Both the position numbers and the translations under genes were made by a program. A stretch of 64,000 nucleotides of DNA, from contig NW_024704742.1 in NCBI RefSeq assembly GCF_018977255.1, forward strand, positions 121,522,001 to 121,586,000, read 5' to 3'. Within the stretch, counting starts at the first letter, position 1. The number at the start of each line of letters is the position of its first letter. Below the pieces are notes generated by a model. It searched no databases and was not told the origin of the DNA. It was given only the letters and a program-made list of their open reading frames with translations. Below, piece after piece: positions 26,900 to 40,929 of this stretch. Source of the DNA: Callorhinchus milii (taxonomy: Eukaryota).

Positions 26900-27647
26900 C
26901 GTTCGCAGCATCAGCCTCCACGGCTGCACACTCAACCTCACTAAGCCAGTCAGGAACCTGGATGTCTTGTTTGACCTTGAACTGTCCTTTCTCCCCCACA
27001 TCCGTGCCATGACCGGCACTGCCTACCACCACCTCCGCAACATTGCCAGACTCCGCCACTGCTTCACCCCTCAGGCTGCCGAAACCCTCACCCACACATT
27101 TGTCACATCAAGGCTCGATTATGGAAAGTCCCTCCTCATTGGCCTTCCCAACTCTTCCCTTCACAAGCTGCAGATCATTCAAACTCTGCAGCTCGTGTAC
27201 TCTCACGCACCAGGCTCTGTGACCCCATCACTCCCACCCTCGCCCGACTCCATTGGCTCCCCATCCCCCAGAGGATTGAGTTCAAGCTCCTCATCCTCAC
27301 CTTTAAGGCCGTCCATGGCCTTGCCCCCTCCTACCTCTCTGACCTGCTGACTCCCTACCAACATTGGGCGAGTTTCCTTATGCCTCTGTTTACCTAGTAA
27401 GTAGGAACTCGGTTGTTAGTCAATTGACGGATCGCTTTTCCGGGGGTAATAATTCCTTCAAAATAGATCTAAAAAATTTGGTCACTCAATCCACAACTGT
27501 TTGTGGGATACTGTTGTGCGCAATTGGCTGCCGCGTTTCGCCCACAAAATATACAGTTAATTCACTTCACAGTATATTCTGTGAAGCTCTTTTAGATGTC
27601 TCAAAGATGTGATAAGGTGCTCTATCAATTGCAAATATTATTATTAT
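26900..27647 (+). mobile_element. L2 fragment (26900-27362) followed by 5'-truncated SINE (27364-27647)
   Basis: TPQAAETLTHTFVTSRLDY, then SINE body and tail. Confidence 0.85.
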
Positions 27648-29819
27648 ATCACTGGATTCCCATCCTCTCAGCTGGTGATTTAATGAGTGAAAAATTGCAG
27701 GATACAACTTCATCTCCACTCCCTAAATTCTTTTTGAATTAAATCAAATTGATATTCTATTCAAAACAGCTACTCACATACAATTGCTAAATTCTAAATT
27801 GCTAAATGTTTGTTTTACGGAAAAATGGAAAACTGCTTGAAAAGCTGCCTTGAGTTGTTATCAATCAATTTAATTCACAGAAATGTAAACTGGCTTTACG
27901 TTTACATTAAATATATAATAATTAATTGCAATGAAGCTGTCATTTTTACAACAACATCAAGTGGCATGCCACCAATGTTGGGGAATTGAGGGATTGGTGA
28001 ATGCAGGGATAGTCTGAAGCAAAATTGAAAAGCAGCATCAGTACAGACACTACAGTTTTAGCTTTAGAAAAACGCTTATATCTATGTCTTTCAACCAATA
28101 ATCTCAATAATCTGACTGTTCAGCAAAATGTTGTACATCCCTTTTCCACTTTATTGTTTTGCTGAGAGATATGTGATGGATTATTTATATGATTTTCACC
28201 ATCCATATGAGTATTATTTTACTGAAGACTATAGCTTTTGTAATTCCTTAATATTTTTATGCTATAATACAAGCTTTATGCAACTACTTAATGGATTAAA
28301 ATCATTTCATTACATAGTTACCGGTGTCTTTCTGACGATATTAACAATATTTTTTAAATTGTTGCTTCTTCTCACAGAAGCTTTCAGGATTTTCATGTGC
28401 GTGTGTGTTGTGTGTGTAAAAGCACAGCTGTAATACTTAAATTATGTAAACAGAATTCAGAACCAATGAACATTACTACAAACTTTATTTGGAATTTCAG
28501 TCATTTTGAATTTTGAGTGCTAATGAATTAATTTTATATCTTTGTTATTTAGTTTGAGTGTTATATGGTCTAGTCACATGTGACCTTTATGACAACATTA
28601 TCATAGCTACATGCTGGGTTATTACATCTGTTCAGCAATAGGTCTCACTGTGGTGCTGTTCCAGTTTCATTATTTCTATCTCTCCTACCTTCCCCTTCAC
28701 AACTCATGTTTTAACTCCCAGTAGCCTCCTAATGTAGCTGGAGGGAAAGACATGTCAGCCCTGAATGTCTCTACAAGTTCAGTTTTCATGCCAATCTGTG
28801 CTCATTCAACAGCTGTATTTACTATTGGGCAAGACAGACTATATAATCAAACACTTTTCCACCCGCTACAAAAGAGCAATGTGCTATTAGACAGTGTTTC
28901 CCTACTTGCAGAAGCATACCAAATTAAATGTACGTTAATTAAAAGTTACATTTTCTCAGGTTGGGTACACCAGCCAGGCAGCTGTGAAAATTAGTTCCAT
29001 AACTATAGCAATTGTTAAATGCAACACTAGGCATCACAGAATATGGAGGGGGGGTGGTCTAATTTTATCTACGGTTCCCCTCCCATATATTAATTCATTC
29101 AAATTCATTGACTATTCATCTCAATGTTTATGTGATCTTGTGGACATATAATACCTGCCACGTTTACCTATATAAACAACGTTCACTTTGAATTCTAGTC
29201 AAACTTGTTTTGTAAAACACTTTGGACATTTATCTTGTGTGAAAGGGTTCAAATAAATGCAAGTTATTATCACTACTTTCTTACTATATTACTAGAGAAA
29301 ATGACCCTATCAGTTATTCTGGATGTCTGAAGCAATTCGGATAATCAAATTTCATAGCATTTAATTAGCTAGTAATTCTCAACTTTTGATCTCAATTTGA
29401 TAAAGACATAAAACTTTAAAACCAATCCATTGAAAAATTAGTTACCACTGAAAATGCAGGCATATTCTACCTCAATTGAAAGCTGCACGTCAGAAGTACT
29501 CAATGAACAAATTGTAACCAAAGATCAAATAAGTATCCGCAATGGTTTGAAACATTGGTAAAGAACCCAATGAATCCCAAAACATTTATTATAAAAAGCT
29601 TAATGATGAACCTGAATTCACATTAGTCCACACACTCATTACCCACACACTTTCTAAGCTCCATTGGTTTCTATATACCTCAAAAGATTCATTTCAAGAT
29701 ACTCGTCCTGGTCTTCAAATTCCTTCAAACTCACTCAAGCCCTATATTCCAGGTCACACAATGCTCCACCAACTCTGGTTTATTGATCGCTCCTTACTTC
29801 TTTTACTACACCATTGGTG

Positions 29820-30380
29820 GTCCATGCCTTTGTCGCCTCTCGGCTGGACTATTCTAATGCCCTCCTCGTTGGTCTCCCATCCACTACCATCCATAAACTC
29901 TTGTGCCCGCATTCTCACCCACACCAAACTCCGCTCCCCGATCACCCCAGTCCTTGCCAGACTGCACTGGCTCCCTGTCCCAGAGAGGATCGACTTCAAG
30001 ATCCTCACCCTTGTATTCAAATCCCTCCACTCCTCTGCACCCCCCCTACCTCTCTGACCTCCTCTCTCCTCACAACAGTACCCGTTGCCTTCGTTCCTCC
30101 ATGTCTGGCCTCCTCCTCGTCCCCCGAGTCCTCCGCTCCACCGTCGGCGGCCGTGCCTTTAGCCACTATGCCCCGAGGCTCTGGAACTCCCTTCCTCACT
30201 CCCTTCGCCTTGCTTCCTCTCTTCCTATTTTCAGGTCTCTGCTGAAGACCTTTCTCTTCGACCGCGCCTTTGGTCACCTTCCTCCCCCTCCCCCTGGCTC
30301 AGCGCCGGGATCCATTACTGTAAAGCGCTCTGAGATGCCATCCGGCGTGGAGGGTACTATATAAATCCAAGTTGTTGTTG
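29820..30380 (+). mobile_element. L2 3' fragment (second tail type)
   Basis: HAFVASRLDYSNALL, LHWLPVPERIDFKIL. Tail aagcgctctgagatgccatccggcgtggaggg. Confidence 0.88.
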
Positions 30381-33300
30381 GTGGTGGTGGTCAAGCCTTC
30401 AGCCACTATTAAAAAAAATAATTTTTGGTCACGACAACTATTTGTGGGACACTACTGTGCGCAATTGGCTGCTGAATACGGTCAATTCACTTTGCAGCAT
30501 ATTCTGTGAAGTGCTTTGAGACATCTCAAAGATATCATAAAGGCACTATATCAAATGCAAGGATTATTATTAGTAGTAGTAATAGTAATAGTATTCCACT
30601 CTTTGGTATTCTCAGTTGCTTGCCACCTCTCTCACTCCCCAAACAGGTTTTCAACGGAGCTCTTGAACCATATTTAAAAATGTCTTATTTCCCTACTTGG
30701 TGTCTACTGCAACATTTTTCAAGTGCTTTGAGACATTCTTTTATATGAAATGCAAATTGTGGTTTATGTACAATCCCAAAAGCTCAGTTAATAAAGGCAG
30801 CATTTAATATGCTACTGAAAAACAAAACAACAACTTGCATGTATATAACACCCTTCACACTGGGCGGCATCTCAGAGCAGAAAACAGACCAGGAAGTTCA
30901 AACTCAAATCCACGTTAGTCATCTCATCCCAACTATGGTGAGTACAATGGACCGCAGAACCTGCCACAGCAAGGGGAGAAAGACAGGTTTCCTGTTCCAA
31001 ATCACTATCCAGTGACCCCTGCTTGAGAGTGCTTGTGTCAAGATGTTGGATGATGACATAATTCATATGACATTGCTCCCCAGATCTCAAATAGAACGGA
31101 CTTCTGAATGAAGGACAGCAACTTGTGCTGTAGGCAATCGTGGAACTGTACTCAGGTATGAATCACTGCCTTCAGGATAAAAAATGTAAAAAACAAAGTA
31201 GCTGTAGCAACTGACTGATTCCTCATTTTATGGTTCCTAACAGTGAACTGTATCCTGAATGTGCTTTGGTAACTTCATTTTGGTATGTGCTTAATGCAGA
31301 AGATTAAAAGAAACTGGTTCTGTAACCCTATCCAAACACAATGTGGTTTGTTTTTGACAGAAGATTTGTTTCATGGCACTGTACTTTGAAATATTTGATA
31401 AATGGCCCACATTTACAGAAAGAAATGCTGTTTTGTAAACTTTCAAAATTCCTCAGTTGAAATGCTGTACAATATTCTGTTTGATGAATTTATCAAAAAA
31501 CTTCCCAAAGACATTATACCTTTAAACATTACACGATAATGGCAAAGATTCCCAATCATTTATAGCTCAAGAATGGGACACAAAGGGTAATTAACACTGC
31601 AGTGTAAGAATCTTTATCTGGAAATAAACAATGCATTTTGTTCCCCCTAATGATGTCTGGAGATCTTCTTGATTGTCTAGAAATTACTAACATTGACCTG
31701 CCAGTGCAAAGCCACTTCCATTACATTATAAATGATGGTCAAGGCCCTGTGAAATAATATGCATGAAGCTCAATCAGCCAGCTTGAGCATTAATGTGCAT
31801 TTCCATTATTCATCGGTGACGATTTAGTATTCTGCACAGCCAGCACTCTCACTTTGTTGCAGCGCTACAAAGCATGTCACATACATAAATAAAAATCACA
31901 GCATTAGGCATTCACTTTAGCTTATTTTATGTTTAACATTTGATGATTTAGAAAAATATAAGTAAAATATATTAAAAAGAAAGGGCTTTCAGAACCCGTG
32001 TGGGAATAGAAGATGCACTAAACCTGCTCTTTGACCTCCAGTGCAGTAACAAGAAATGAACACACACAAAACAGAATTATAAGGCTGTCAATCTGCTGCA
32101 ACCAATTTGAGGATTCCACAGACAAATACTGTAACATATTCAAACTATTCTGATCTCTGAGATTTCATTAGCTGAACTACAACACCAGCACTGTACTTAT
32201 AAAATACTCACAGGCATGAAGTTGTTTAAAGTCATAACAGTATCATCATTTCTCTGTCAAAACGCAAGATGAAAATAAGACTATTTGCAAACATTGCAAG
32301 TTCAATAATTGTACAGGAACAAACTATCTTGGCAGAATATTAACTGGTCAGATCTAGTTGTGGCATTGGAATGCCTTGCCTTACAGAACATCCAAATGCT
32401 TTTATCATCTCCTAGTGGCAGCATGCACTCCCAGCAGTCTGTTGTATTGTAATATAACCTATTAACTAGTTTGGAGGTGGCTTTATGCCTGAGCTCAAAT
32501 CATGAACAAGACTACACCTAGATAAGGTCATGAGAGCTCTGCACGAGTTATCATATCTATGGGGAGGATTGGAGTGTCTTTATTTATTCGATAAATTGCT
32601 TCACTGATTTTTTTTCACAAATCAGGATTCCAATAAAGAAATCAAAATGCGCTTGGAGTGCAAGAGACAGTATGTTAACAGAGCTCGTGTTGGTTGCTCT
32701 TAAGTTAACTTTTGATTGAGAAACCTGGATTCCATGCTCCCATATTTGTCTCTTCAATTAAAATGACATCCAAACAGTTCCCAATACTACAAACAAAACT
32801 TAAGAGTTCAGCCAAAGATCTGTTTGTATTTTCCGTAGCTTTTGGGATGAGGAACAAAGAGTGGTTGTGTTCTTATGAAACACATAGATCATAATTAGGA
32901 GGAAAAACAGTCAAAAGCATCATAAAAATGGTGGATTGTAAGTCATCCTCTTATCACAAAAGAGGTTCAGATAAACAAGGGCAGTCCACCCATTTGATCT
33001 TATCCATTCAACATAAAACCCCATTGTCTTCCCATTGCATATCAATAATTCACCATCCTCTTTCCTTCTCCCACTTGAAAAAATGTCAGCATTGACTCAG
33101 GAAACCTTCCTGAATCTATGATCAAGATCACAAACTCACAGGCACAAACACATAAAATTATACAGGACAGAAGGAGGCCATTCGGCCCATCGTGCCCATG
33201 CCGGCTTTTTGAAAGAACTGTCAAAATTAATCCCACTCCCCCATGCTCTCCTGCAATTGCAAATTTTTCCTCCCCAAATATCTATCGACTTCTCCCTTGA

Positions 33301-33610
33301 AAGTTATCATCAAATCTGCTTCCACCACCCTTTCAGGCAATGCATTCCAGATCGGAACAACTCGCTGTGTGAAAAAATTTCTCCTCACCTTCTCTCTGGT
33401 TCTTTTGACAACTATCTTAAATCTGTGTCCTCTGGTTACCAGCTCACCCGCTAGTGGAAACAGTTTCTCCTGTTCACTCTATCAAATCCCCTCATAATTT
33501 TGAACACCTCTATTAAATCTCTCCTTAACCTGCTCTGCTCCAAGGAGAACAATCCTAGCTTCTCTAGTTTCTCCACATAAATCAAGTCCCTCATTCCTGG
33601 TATCATCGTT

Positions 33611-33929
33611 GTGGAGTCCTGTAGCTCAGTGGTTAGTGCACTCGCTTTGCAAGTAAGAGACCTGAGTTCAATTCCAGGCAGGGCGAAACCTTGGGCAAGT
33701 TTCCTTACTCCACACGCCTAATAATAATCCCTCAAAAACAAAAAACAATAATAAATTGGTCATTTTCAATCCATGACTGTTTGTGGGACACTGCTGTGCG
33801 CAATTGGCTGCCGCGTTCGCCCACAAATATACAGTCAATTCACTTTACAGTATATTCTGTGAAGCGCTTTGGGACGTCCTCCCGACGTGAAAAGCGCTAT
33901 ATCAAATGCAAGGATTATTATATTATTAT
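33611..33929 (+). mobile_element. tRNA-Ala-derived Deu-domain SINE (short form)
   Basis: A box TAGCTCAGTGG, anticodon arm ctcgc-ttTGCaa, B box gagttcaattcc. Core gtttgtgggacactgctgtgcgcaattggctgccgcg. L2-like tail + (TTA)n. Confidence 0.9.
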
Positions 33930-33997
33930 CCTGGTAAAACTCCTGTGCACCCTCGCCAAGGTCTTGATATCCTTCCTGAAGTGTGATGCCCAGAATT

Positions 33998-34312
33998 TGT
34001 AGCTCAGTGAGATATCTTAGTTTGATTTCCAGCAGGGTGAAATATTGAGCACATTTCCTTATGCCACACGCCTGTATTTACCTATCAGTAAATAGGAAAC
34101 TGGTTGTTAGTGGATTGGCAGATCGTTTTAATAATAATAAATTGGTCACTTCAATCCACGACTGTTTGTGGGACACTGCTGTGCGTAATTAGATGCTGCG
34201 TTTCACCCACAAATTATACAGTCAATTCACTTTACAGTATATTCTGTGAAGCACTTTTTGAGATGTCTCGAAGGCGTGATATCAAATGCAAGGATTATTT
34301 ATTTATTATTAT
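33998..34312 (+). mobile_element. tRNA/Deu SINE
   Basis: Same head remnant, core and tail as 33611-33929. Confidence 0.85.
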
Positions 34313-34743
34313 TTGAACACAGCTGAGGACTAACCAGTGTCTTACAAAGGTTCATCATAACCTCCTTATTTTTGTATTCTATGCCCCATTTATAAAGCTG
34401 AGTACCCCGTGTGCTTTTTTAACAGCTGTATCTACCTCTCCTGCCACCTTCAAAGATTTGTTTGTGTGGAACCCCAGGTCTTTCAGCTCCTGCACCCCCT
34501 TTAAGATTGTACCATCTAGCTTATATTGCCTCTCCTCATTTTTCCACCCAAAATGCCTTCGCATTTCTCCGCATTAATTTCATTTGCCATGTGTCTGCCC
34601 ATTTCACCAGTCGGTTTAAGTCTTCCTGCAGTCTGCTACTATTCTCCTCACCATTTACTACTTTTCCTAGCTTTGTATCATCTGCAAAACTTGGAAATTG
34701 TACTCCTTATACCCAGGTCCAGGCCATTTGACCTGGAGCTACA

Positions 34744-35097
34744 GTGGATTCCTGTAGCTCAATGGCTAGAGCACTCACCTTGCAAGTGAGAGACCTGGGT
34801 TCGATTCCCGGCAGGGAAAATCATTGGGTAAGTTTCCTTACTCCACACGCCTCTGTTTACCTAGCAGTAAGTAGGTTGTTGGTTGATTGGCGGATCGCTT
34901 TTCTGAGGGTAGTAATTCCTTCAAAAAAAAATTGGTCATTCAATCCACGAATGTTTGTGGGACACTGCTGTGCGCAATTGGCTGATGCGTTTCGCCCACA
35001 AAATATACAGTCAACTCATTTTACAGTATATTGTGTGAAGCGCTTGGAGACGTCTCGAAGACGTGATCAGGCGCTGTATCAAATGCAATTATTATAT
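34744..35097 (+). mobile_element. tRNA/Deu SINE (long form)
   Basis: Full head, extra internal segment ctctgtttacctagcagtaagtagg..., core and tail. Confidence 0.9.
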
Positions 35098-35482
35098 TTG
35101 TATAGATTAAAGAGAACAGTGTTCCAAATACCGACCCCTGGGGACACCACTGTATACTTCTCTCCAGTCAGAAGAACACCCGTTCACCACGAAAAGCTGC
35201 TTTCTGTCTCCCAGCCAATTTTATATCCATGCTGCCACTGTCCCTTTAATATCATGGGCTTCAATTTTGCTAGCAAGTTTATTACGTGGCACTTTATCAA
35301 ACGCCTTTTGAAAATCCATCAGTCAACTGCACTACCTTCATCCACCCTCCATTACTTCAAAGAACTCTATCAGGTTTGTCAGACATGATTTGCCTTTAAC
35401 AAATCCGTATTGGTTGTCCTTTATTAACCCATATTTTGCTAAGTGAAAATTAATTTTATCCTGGATTATCGTCTCTAGAAGT

Positions 35483-35748
35483 TTTCTCTTTGACCGTGCC
35501 TTCAGCTCCCCTCTCGACTCTCTACCCCCTCCTCGCTCCCTCCCTTCCCTCCCCTCACCCTGACCATTTCCCCCCTCCTCGCTCCCTCCCTTCCCTCCCC
35601 TCAGCCTGACCATTTCCCCCCTCCTCGCACCCTCCCTTCCCTCCCCTCACCCTGACCATTTCCCCCCTGCTCGGGTCCTGACCCAACTGTACAGCGCCTT
35701 GGGACGTCCTCCCGACGTGAAAGGCGCTCTATAAATTGTTGTTGTTGT
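35483..35748 (+). mobile_element. Young L2 3' end with three copies of a 46-bp pyrimidine unit
   Basis: Nearly identical to the 10472-10650 tail, inserted within CR1 ORF2. Confidence 0.88.
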
Positions 35749-35944
35749 TTCCCCACTACTGACGTCAGGCTGATTGGCCTGCAGTTCCCGGGTTTATCCT
35801 TATCCCCCATTTGCAACCCTCCAGTCTTCTGGCACCACCCCGGTGTCCAAAGAGGAATGAAAGATTGTGGCAAGAGCCTCCGTTATTTCCACCTTTATTT
35901 CCCTCAGTAAGCTAGGATGCATGGAGTCCAGTAGCCTAGGATCA

Positions 35945-36229
35945 TGGAGTCCTGTTACTCAGTTGTTAAAGCACTCGCCTCGGTTCGATTCCCGGCAGGG
36001 TGAAATCTTGGGCAAGTTTTCTAACTCTGCATGCCTGATAATAATCCCTCAAGAAAAAACCCAATAATAAATTGGTCACTTCAACCACTTGTGGGACATT
36101 GCTGTGCGCAATTGGCTGCCACATTTCACTGACAAATATACAGTCAATTCACTTTACATTCTGTAAAGCGCTTTGAGATGTCTAGAAGACGTGAAAAGCG
36201 CTATATCAAATGCAAGGATTATTAATATT
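35945..36229 (+). mobile_element. tRNA/Deu SINE (short form)
   Basis: Head, core and tail as above. Confidence 0.85.
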
Positions 36230-38089
36230 ATGCACCCCATCCGGACCAGGTGATTTATCTACCTTGAGCACCATCATCAAACTTTGCCTGAGCTCTTATG
36301 AAGCCTGAATTTGCCTTTTTGACACTGAAAGCTCTCAACGAAAGTAACATTTTCAGAGATTATCACAGCACTTGCCATCACTGCCACTGCTACTCACTTG
36401 ACTTTTGCTTTCTTGACACAATGTAAGAAGTTTCTCCTCACTCTCTTGCACAATATTCATGAACTGTTGCTTCATTCATCTTTAGTATGCAAAATCAATG
36501 AGGCCCAATCCATATATCCATCCACATATTGGCTTCCAATGTTAATGCTTATTTCTCTTTCCAGTGTTGAAAGGAATCATAAAGAGCTTATTTACATTAA
36601 AGAAGCGTTTTTATAGACTGTATAACACTGAAAAGCACTTAACAGGAATTTTTTTTTAGTAAGGAAACTGCGGTGTACAATTGGCTGCCGCATTTCGCCC
36701 ACAAATATACAGTCAATTCACTTTATAATATAATCTGTGAAGCGCTTTGAGATGTCTCGAAGATCTGAAAAGCGCTATATCAAATGCAAGGATTATTATT
36801 ATTATAAACAAGGCAGCTATTTTGTTCAAGTTCCAGAAATACCCATGAGATGAAGAGCAATGTTTGGCAGAAAACTGGAAGAAATTGTAGTCGATTTCTG
36901 ATCTGGAGAGGCAGTTGGGACTTACGTTTAACAACTTATTGAAAAGACAGCACCTCAAACAATACAGCGCTCCCCACTGGAATATCAACCCAGACTATGA
37001 ATCTCAAGCTCTGCACTGTTGTGACTCATTGATCGTTATATAATTGTACTCTTTGGTCATGATTAAATTAGAAACAATAACATTTATAGCATAACATATG
37101 TTGACATTGTGCATGAGGAGTTTATAAATAAAAACCTATATCACTTCTATTTGTGTGTTTGTCTTTAATTCTGTTTTGTTTTATTATAAACAAAAATATT
37201 TTTCGAAACAAAAAGGTGTAGTATCTTAGAATACATTGTATGCCCCACTGTGCTTTTTATTAACACGCTTTCAACACAGCATCAAGACAGCATCAAAGAA
37301 AGATCTTGACCTGCTCAAATTCAATGCTGCTTTGACATTTGGCCCTGCAAAACTTAATTGACCTGAAATACAATTATGGTTTGCAAACCTAGTGTATTTG
37401 AAGTCTCTAAATGCGATTTGTGCTACAATTTACAAACTAAAGTAATAAACTGCACACAATGCAAGAAAAAAAGTGCATTGGTTCCAGGGAGATTAAAGGT
37501 ACATACAATATTGTAATCTTGTTTAACACTTTGTGTGCATGTCAATAGATCAACAGAGGAGGAAAATTCAAAATTAATTCACAGAATAATTTTGGAAAGT
37601 TTGTTTGGCTTAGAGATTAGATACTCTTCCCAGTATGGATCATTGTGCTCATCCATCTGCCGCTCAATTGAAAAGAACCATTATGTTGTACTGTAATTTG
37701 GTGAAACAAAATCCTCAAAACACTACTGACCCCCAGTGGTCCCAGACCATATGTTGAATAATTGTTGAGATTCCACAAATGTATTCCGTTCAAATACAAT
37801 TAATTACCTTCAACTTTCCGTAACATATTTGAATTAGTATTGGAATATACACAACTCACAACCTGCACTTGGTGACAAACAGAACTTTATAAATTATCCT
37901 CACCAATCTACATATTTTGCAATTTTTAACTTTTTATTGTTATGACTTATGGTCACCTCCCCTTCCCCCTCCCTTGCTTAACATCTGGCCTTTTAAATGG
38001 TCTGAGACATTCTACGTGAAGGACACTATATAAATACAAGTTGTTGTTGTAGTTGTTTATTGGACTAGATTTTGAGAGATTCACTGGTC

Positions 38090-38870
38090 TATGAGTGGAG
38101 ACTGGAGGAACTGCGACCTTTTCTGCTGAAAAGTTTGAGTGGTGACCTGATAGAAGTCTTTAAAATTATGAAGGTTGTGATCATCAACAGGGAGAAGTTA
38201 TTTCCAACAACAACAACAAAATAATTACATTTGTAAAGCGCCATTCAAGTCGGGAGGACGTCCCAGGGGGCTGAACAGTCAGGGATCAGGACCCGAGCGT
38301 GGGGGTTTGGGGACAGGGTTGGGATGAGGGAGGGCAGAGAGGTAGGAGGGCGGCCGAAGGTTTGGTCAAAAGGGATTGGGGGATGGAGTTCCAAAGAGTG
38401 GGGGCAGAGAGGCTGAAAGTCTGGCCGCCGATCGTAGGGCAGGCCAGGTGGGAGACATGGAGCCTGTTGAACGGAGGGAGCGGACAGGTTGATATGGGGT
38501 TAGTAAGTCAGAGAGGTAGGAGGGGGCAAGGCCATGGAGAGCTTTGAAAGTGAGGATGAGGATTTTGGTCAGTCCACTGGTCTGTGAGACAGTAACTAGA
38601 GGGCATCAATTTAAAAAACAGAAAATGTTTTCACGCACAGAATAGTTAGGATATGGAACGTCCTGCTGTGAGTAGAGCGGCAGAATTCTCATTGGCCTTC
38701 AAGAGGGAACGGGACAAATACCTTAAAGAGAGTCAGCTACAGGGATATTTGAAAAGGCAGGTAAATGGGACTGAAAGGATTACTCTTGAGGGAGCCATGT
38801 CTATCTATCCCCATCGAGAGACACAATGGGCGAACAGCCTTCTTCCAAGTTGTACATTTCTATTGTTCTA
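38090..38870. mobile_element. CR1 3' fragment (+) interrupted by an L2 3' fragment (-, ~38205-38570)
   Basis: ggtgacctgatagaagtctttaaaattatgaagg (GDLIEVFKIMK) and actagagggcat (TRGH) either side of the L2 tail. Confidence 0.8.
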
Positions 38871-40614
38871 TCCTTAATATAGATATCACACAAGCAATGT
38901 GCATTATTACATTGAATTACATAGAATCTACAGTACCAAAACATGCAATTCAGCCCAACTAGTCTATGTCATTGTTTATACACCATAAGAGCCCCTAATT
39001 GCCCTTCCTCCCTAGCCTATACTCTTCTATTCCTTTCTCCTTAATGTATGCATTATCTAGCACTAACTCTTAAACTCCTACTTGTGAAATTAATTTGCCT
39101 TTTACTATATAAATGGAAGATTTTGTACAGTTCAATGCTTGGTGTAACACACTTTTTCTCCCTCGAAATTCTCGATGGGGATAGATATTATGTGAAAATG
39201 TAATGCCCTGACTCAAGTTTTTTTTAATACAATCTTTGTAATCAACCTCCAATAACACAATAAACATTTTGAAAAAGATACAAGGTCCCATTATTATGAG
39301 GAATAACAGATTTTAAAATTAAAGATATTACTATGTCAAAATCATTCTGTAAGAATCTAAGAAATTGACTAGTACCCATTGAGTATTATTGTCCCAATGT
39401 ACAGTACAGAAGTAGTTAATAGGGTTGAGTGATGAGAAGGAATAATGTCTGGAAATTGGCCACAATAATTTTTTAAAAAATCAAATCTATGCACAAATAA
39501 CATCTTGGTCTTGTTGCAAAGCTGCTTTGTGAGGTACATCTAGTGAGCTCCTGAACTGTGTGCAAGACTTCTTGAGAGGGTGCAATCAGATTATGACAAT
39601 GAAGCAACAACAAGATTACATTTGTATAGCACCTTTCACATCAGGAGGATGTCCAAGCAATTGTTTTCTTATTGCCAACACCAAGTCAGGGATTCCCCAG
39701 GCAAAGGTGCGCAGCTCAACGTCTGAATAGAATATCAGTGGTGAAGCTTTCCTTACCTATGTAAGAAACTCTGATTTGGTTCCATGGATTTTCATTTTGG
39801 AGAGATCACCAAGGCTAAGAGAGATTCTGTCTGACAGCCATTTCCATCAACAGGCATATTGGAAAATCCCCTGCTGAATAGCAAGCTACAAACCAGAATT
39901 CTACATGGCATAATCTGCTTCACTATAGTGTACCACAGAGCATCCAGAGTGGCTCCTGATGGATTCACTTAATTCGACTGCAAGTCATCAAACTCCACAG
40001 GAATCCTCAAAAGTTTATACAGTAACTCTGTGGTTGTGTCATCTATTAAGAAGTTCTTTGGATATGTTAAGATGAACATTTTATTGAAGGAATATTATTT
40101 GGAAGGATTAATAACTAAATAGCTACAATACCATGGGCTGGCAGGTCTTTAGTCTTTCTGCCCCCCCCCCCCCCCCCCCCCAGAGCTCCATCCAGGAGTC
40201 CCTCCGACTTGCTCCCTCCCACCTTGCTCAAGATCTGTCTCAAGACCTATCCCTTTGCCAGGCTTTTGGTCATCTTTCACCTCCCTCCACAACAGCTCCA
40301 GTGCCAAGTCAGTATTCTTAAGTGCCTTAGGATGTCCTCCCAACGAGAAAGGCGCTAAATAAATATAAAAAAAGGAAATCCATGCCGTCAGTTGGTAACA
40401 TTCATTCATTCATTCAAACCCCATGAACCACAGTGGAACAAACACTAAAAGTAGAAACAACATGACTTTATTAAAATCTATTTTGAGCACAATTGCCCCA
40501 AAGCACTCATCTTTAATGGTCAGAACAAGACAATTAAAGTTGGTTAAAACGTGCTTGTTGTGGTACACTACATTTATATGGCAATACATATAAATGTACT
40601 GTTACAATAAATTT

Positions 40615-40925
40615 ATATATAATTTTAATTTACATGGCTCACACTGGGAGGACATCCCAGGATATTTGACAGTCCTAGCTTGGGACCTGGGATGGGGGCT
40701 GAGGGGTTGGGGAGGGTAAAGATGACTGAAGACATGGTCAAAGAGGAAGGTCTTGAGGCAGACCTTAAAAGAGGTGAGGAGGGAGAAGTCAGAAGGATTT
40801 GGGGATAGAGTTCCAGAGAGTGGCAGATAGGCTGAAAGCCTGACCTCCAATGGTGGGCGGGGCACGTGAAGGCTATTGCCTGCTGAGCAAAAGGGGCAGC
40901 CAGGTCAGTATTGCTCGAGGGGGTC
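40615..40925 (-). mobile_element. L2 3' fragment
   Basis: Homologous to other L2 tails. Confidence 0.75.
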
Positions 40926-40929
40926 CATT

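Larger units (their letters stand above)
33148..36275 (-). mobile_element. CR1-clade LINE 3' region carrying five nested insertions
   Basis: Minus-strand [32 protein letters not shown] and EKDLG-like motifs. CR1-type 3' end gaaggaggccattcggccc at 33170-33189. Confidence 0.88.
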
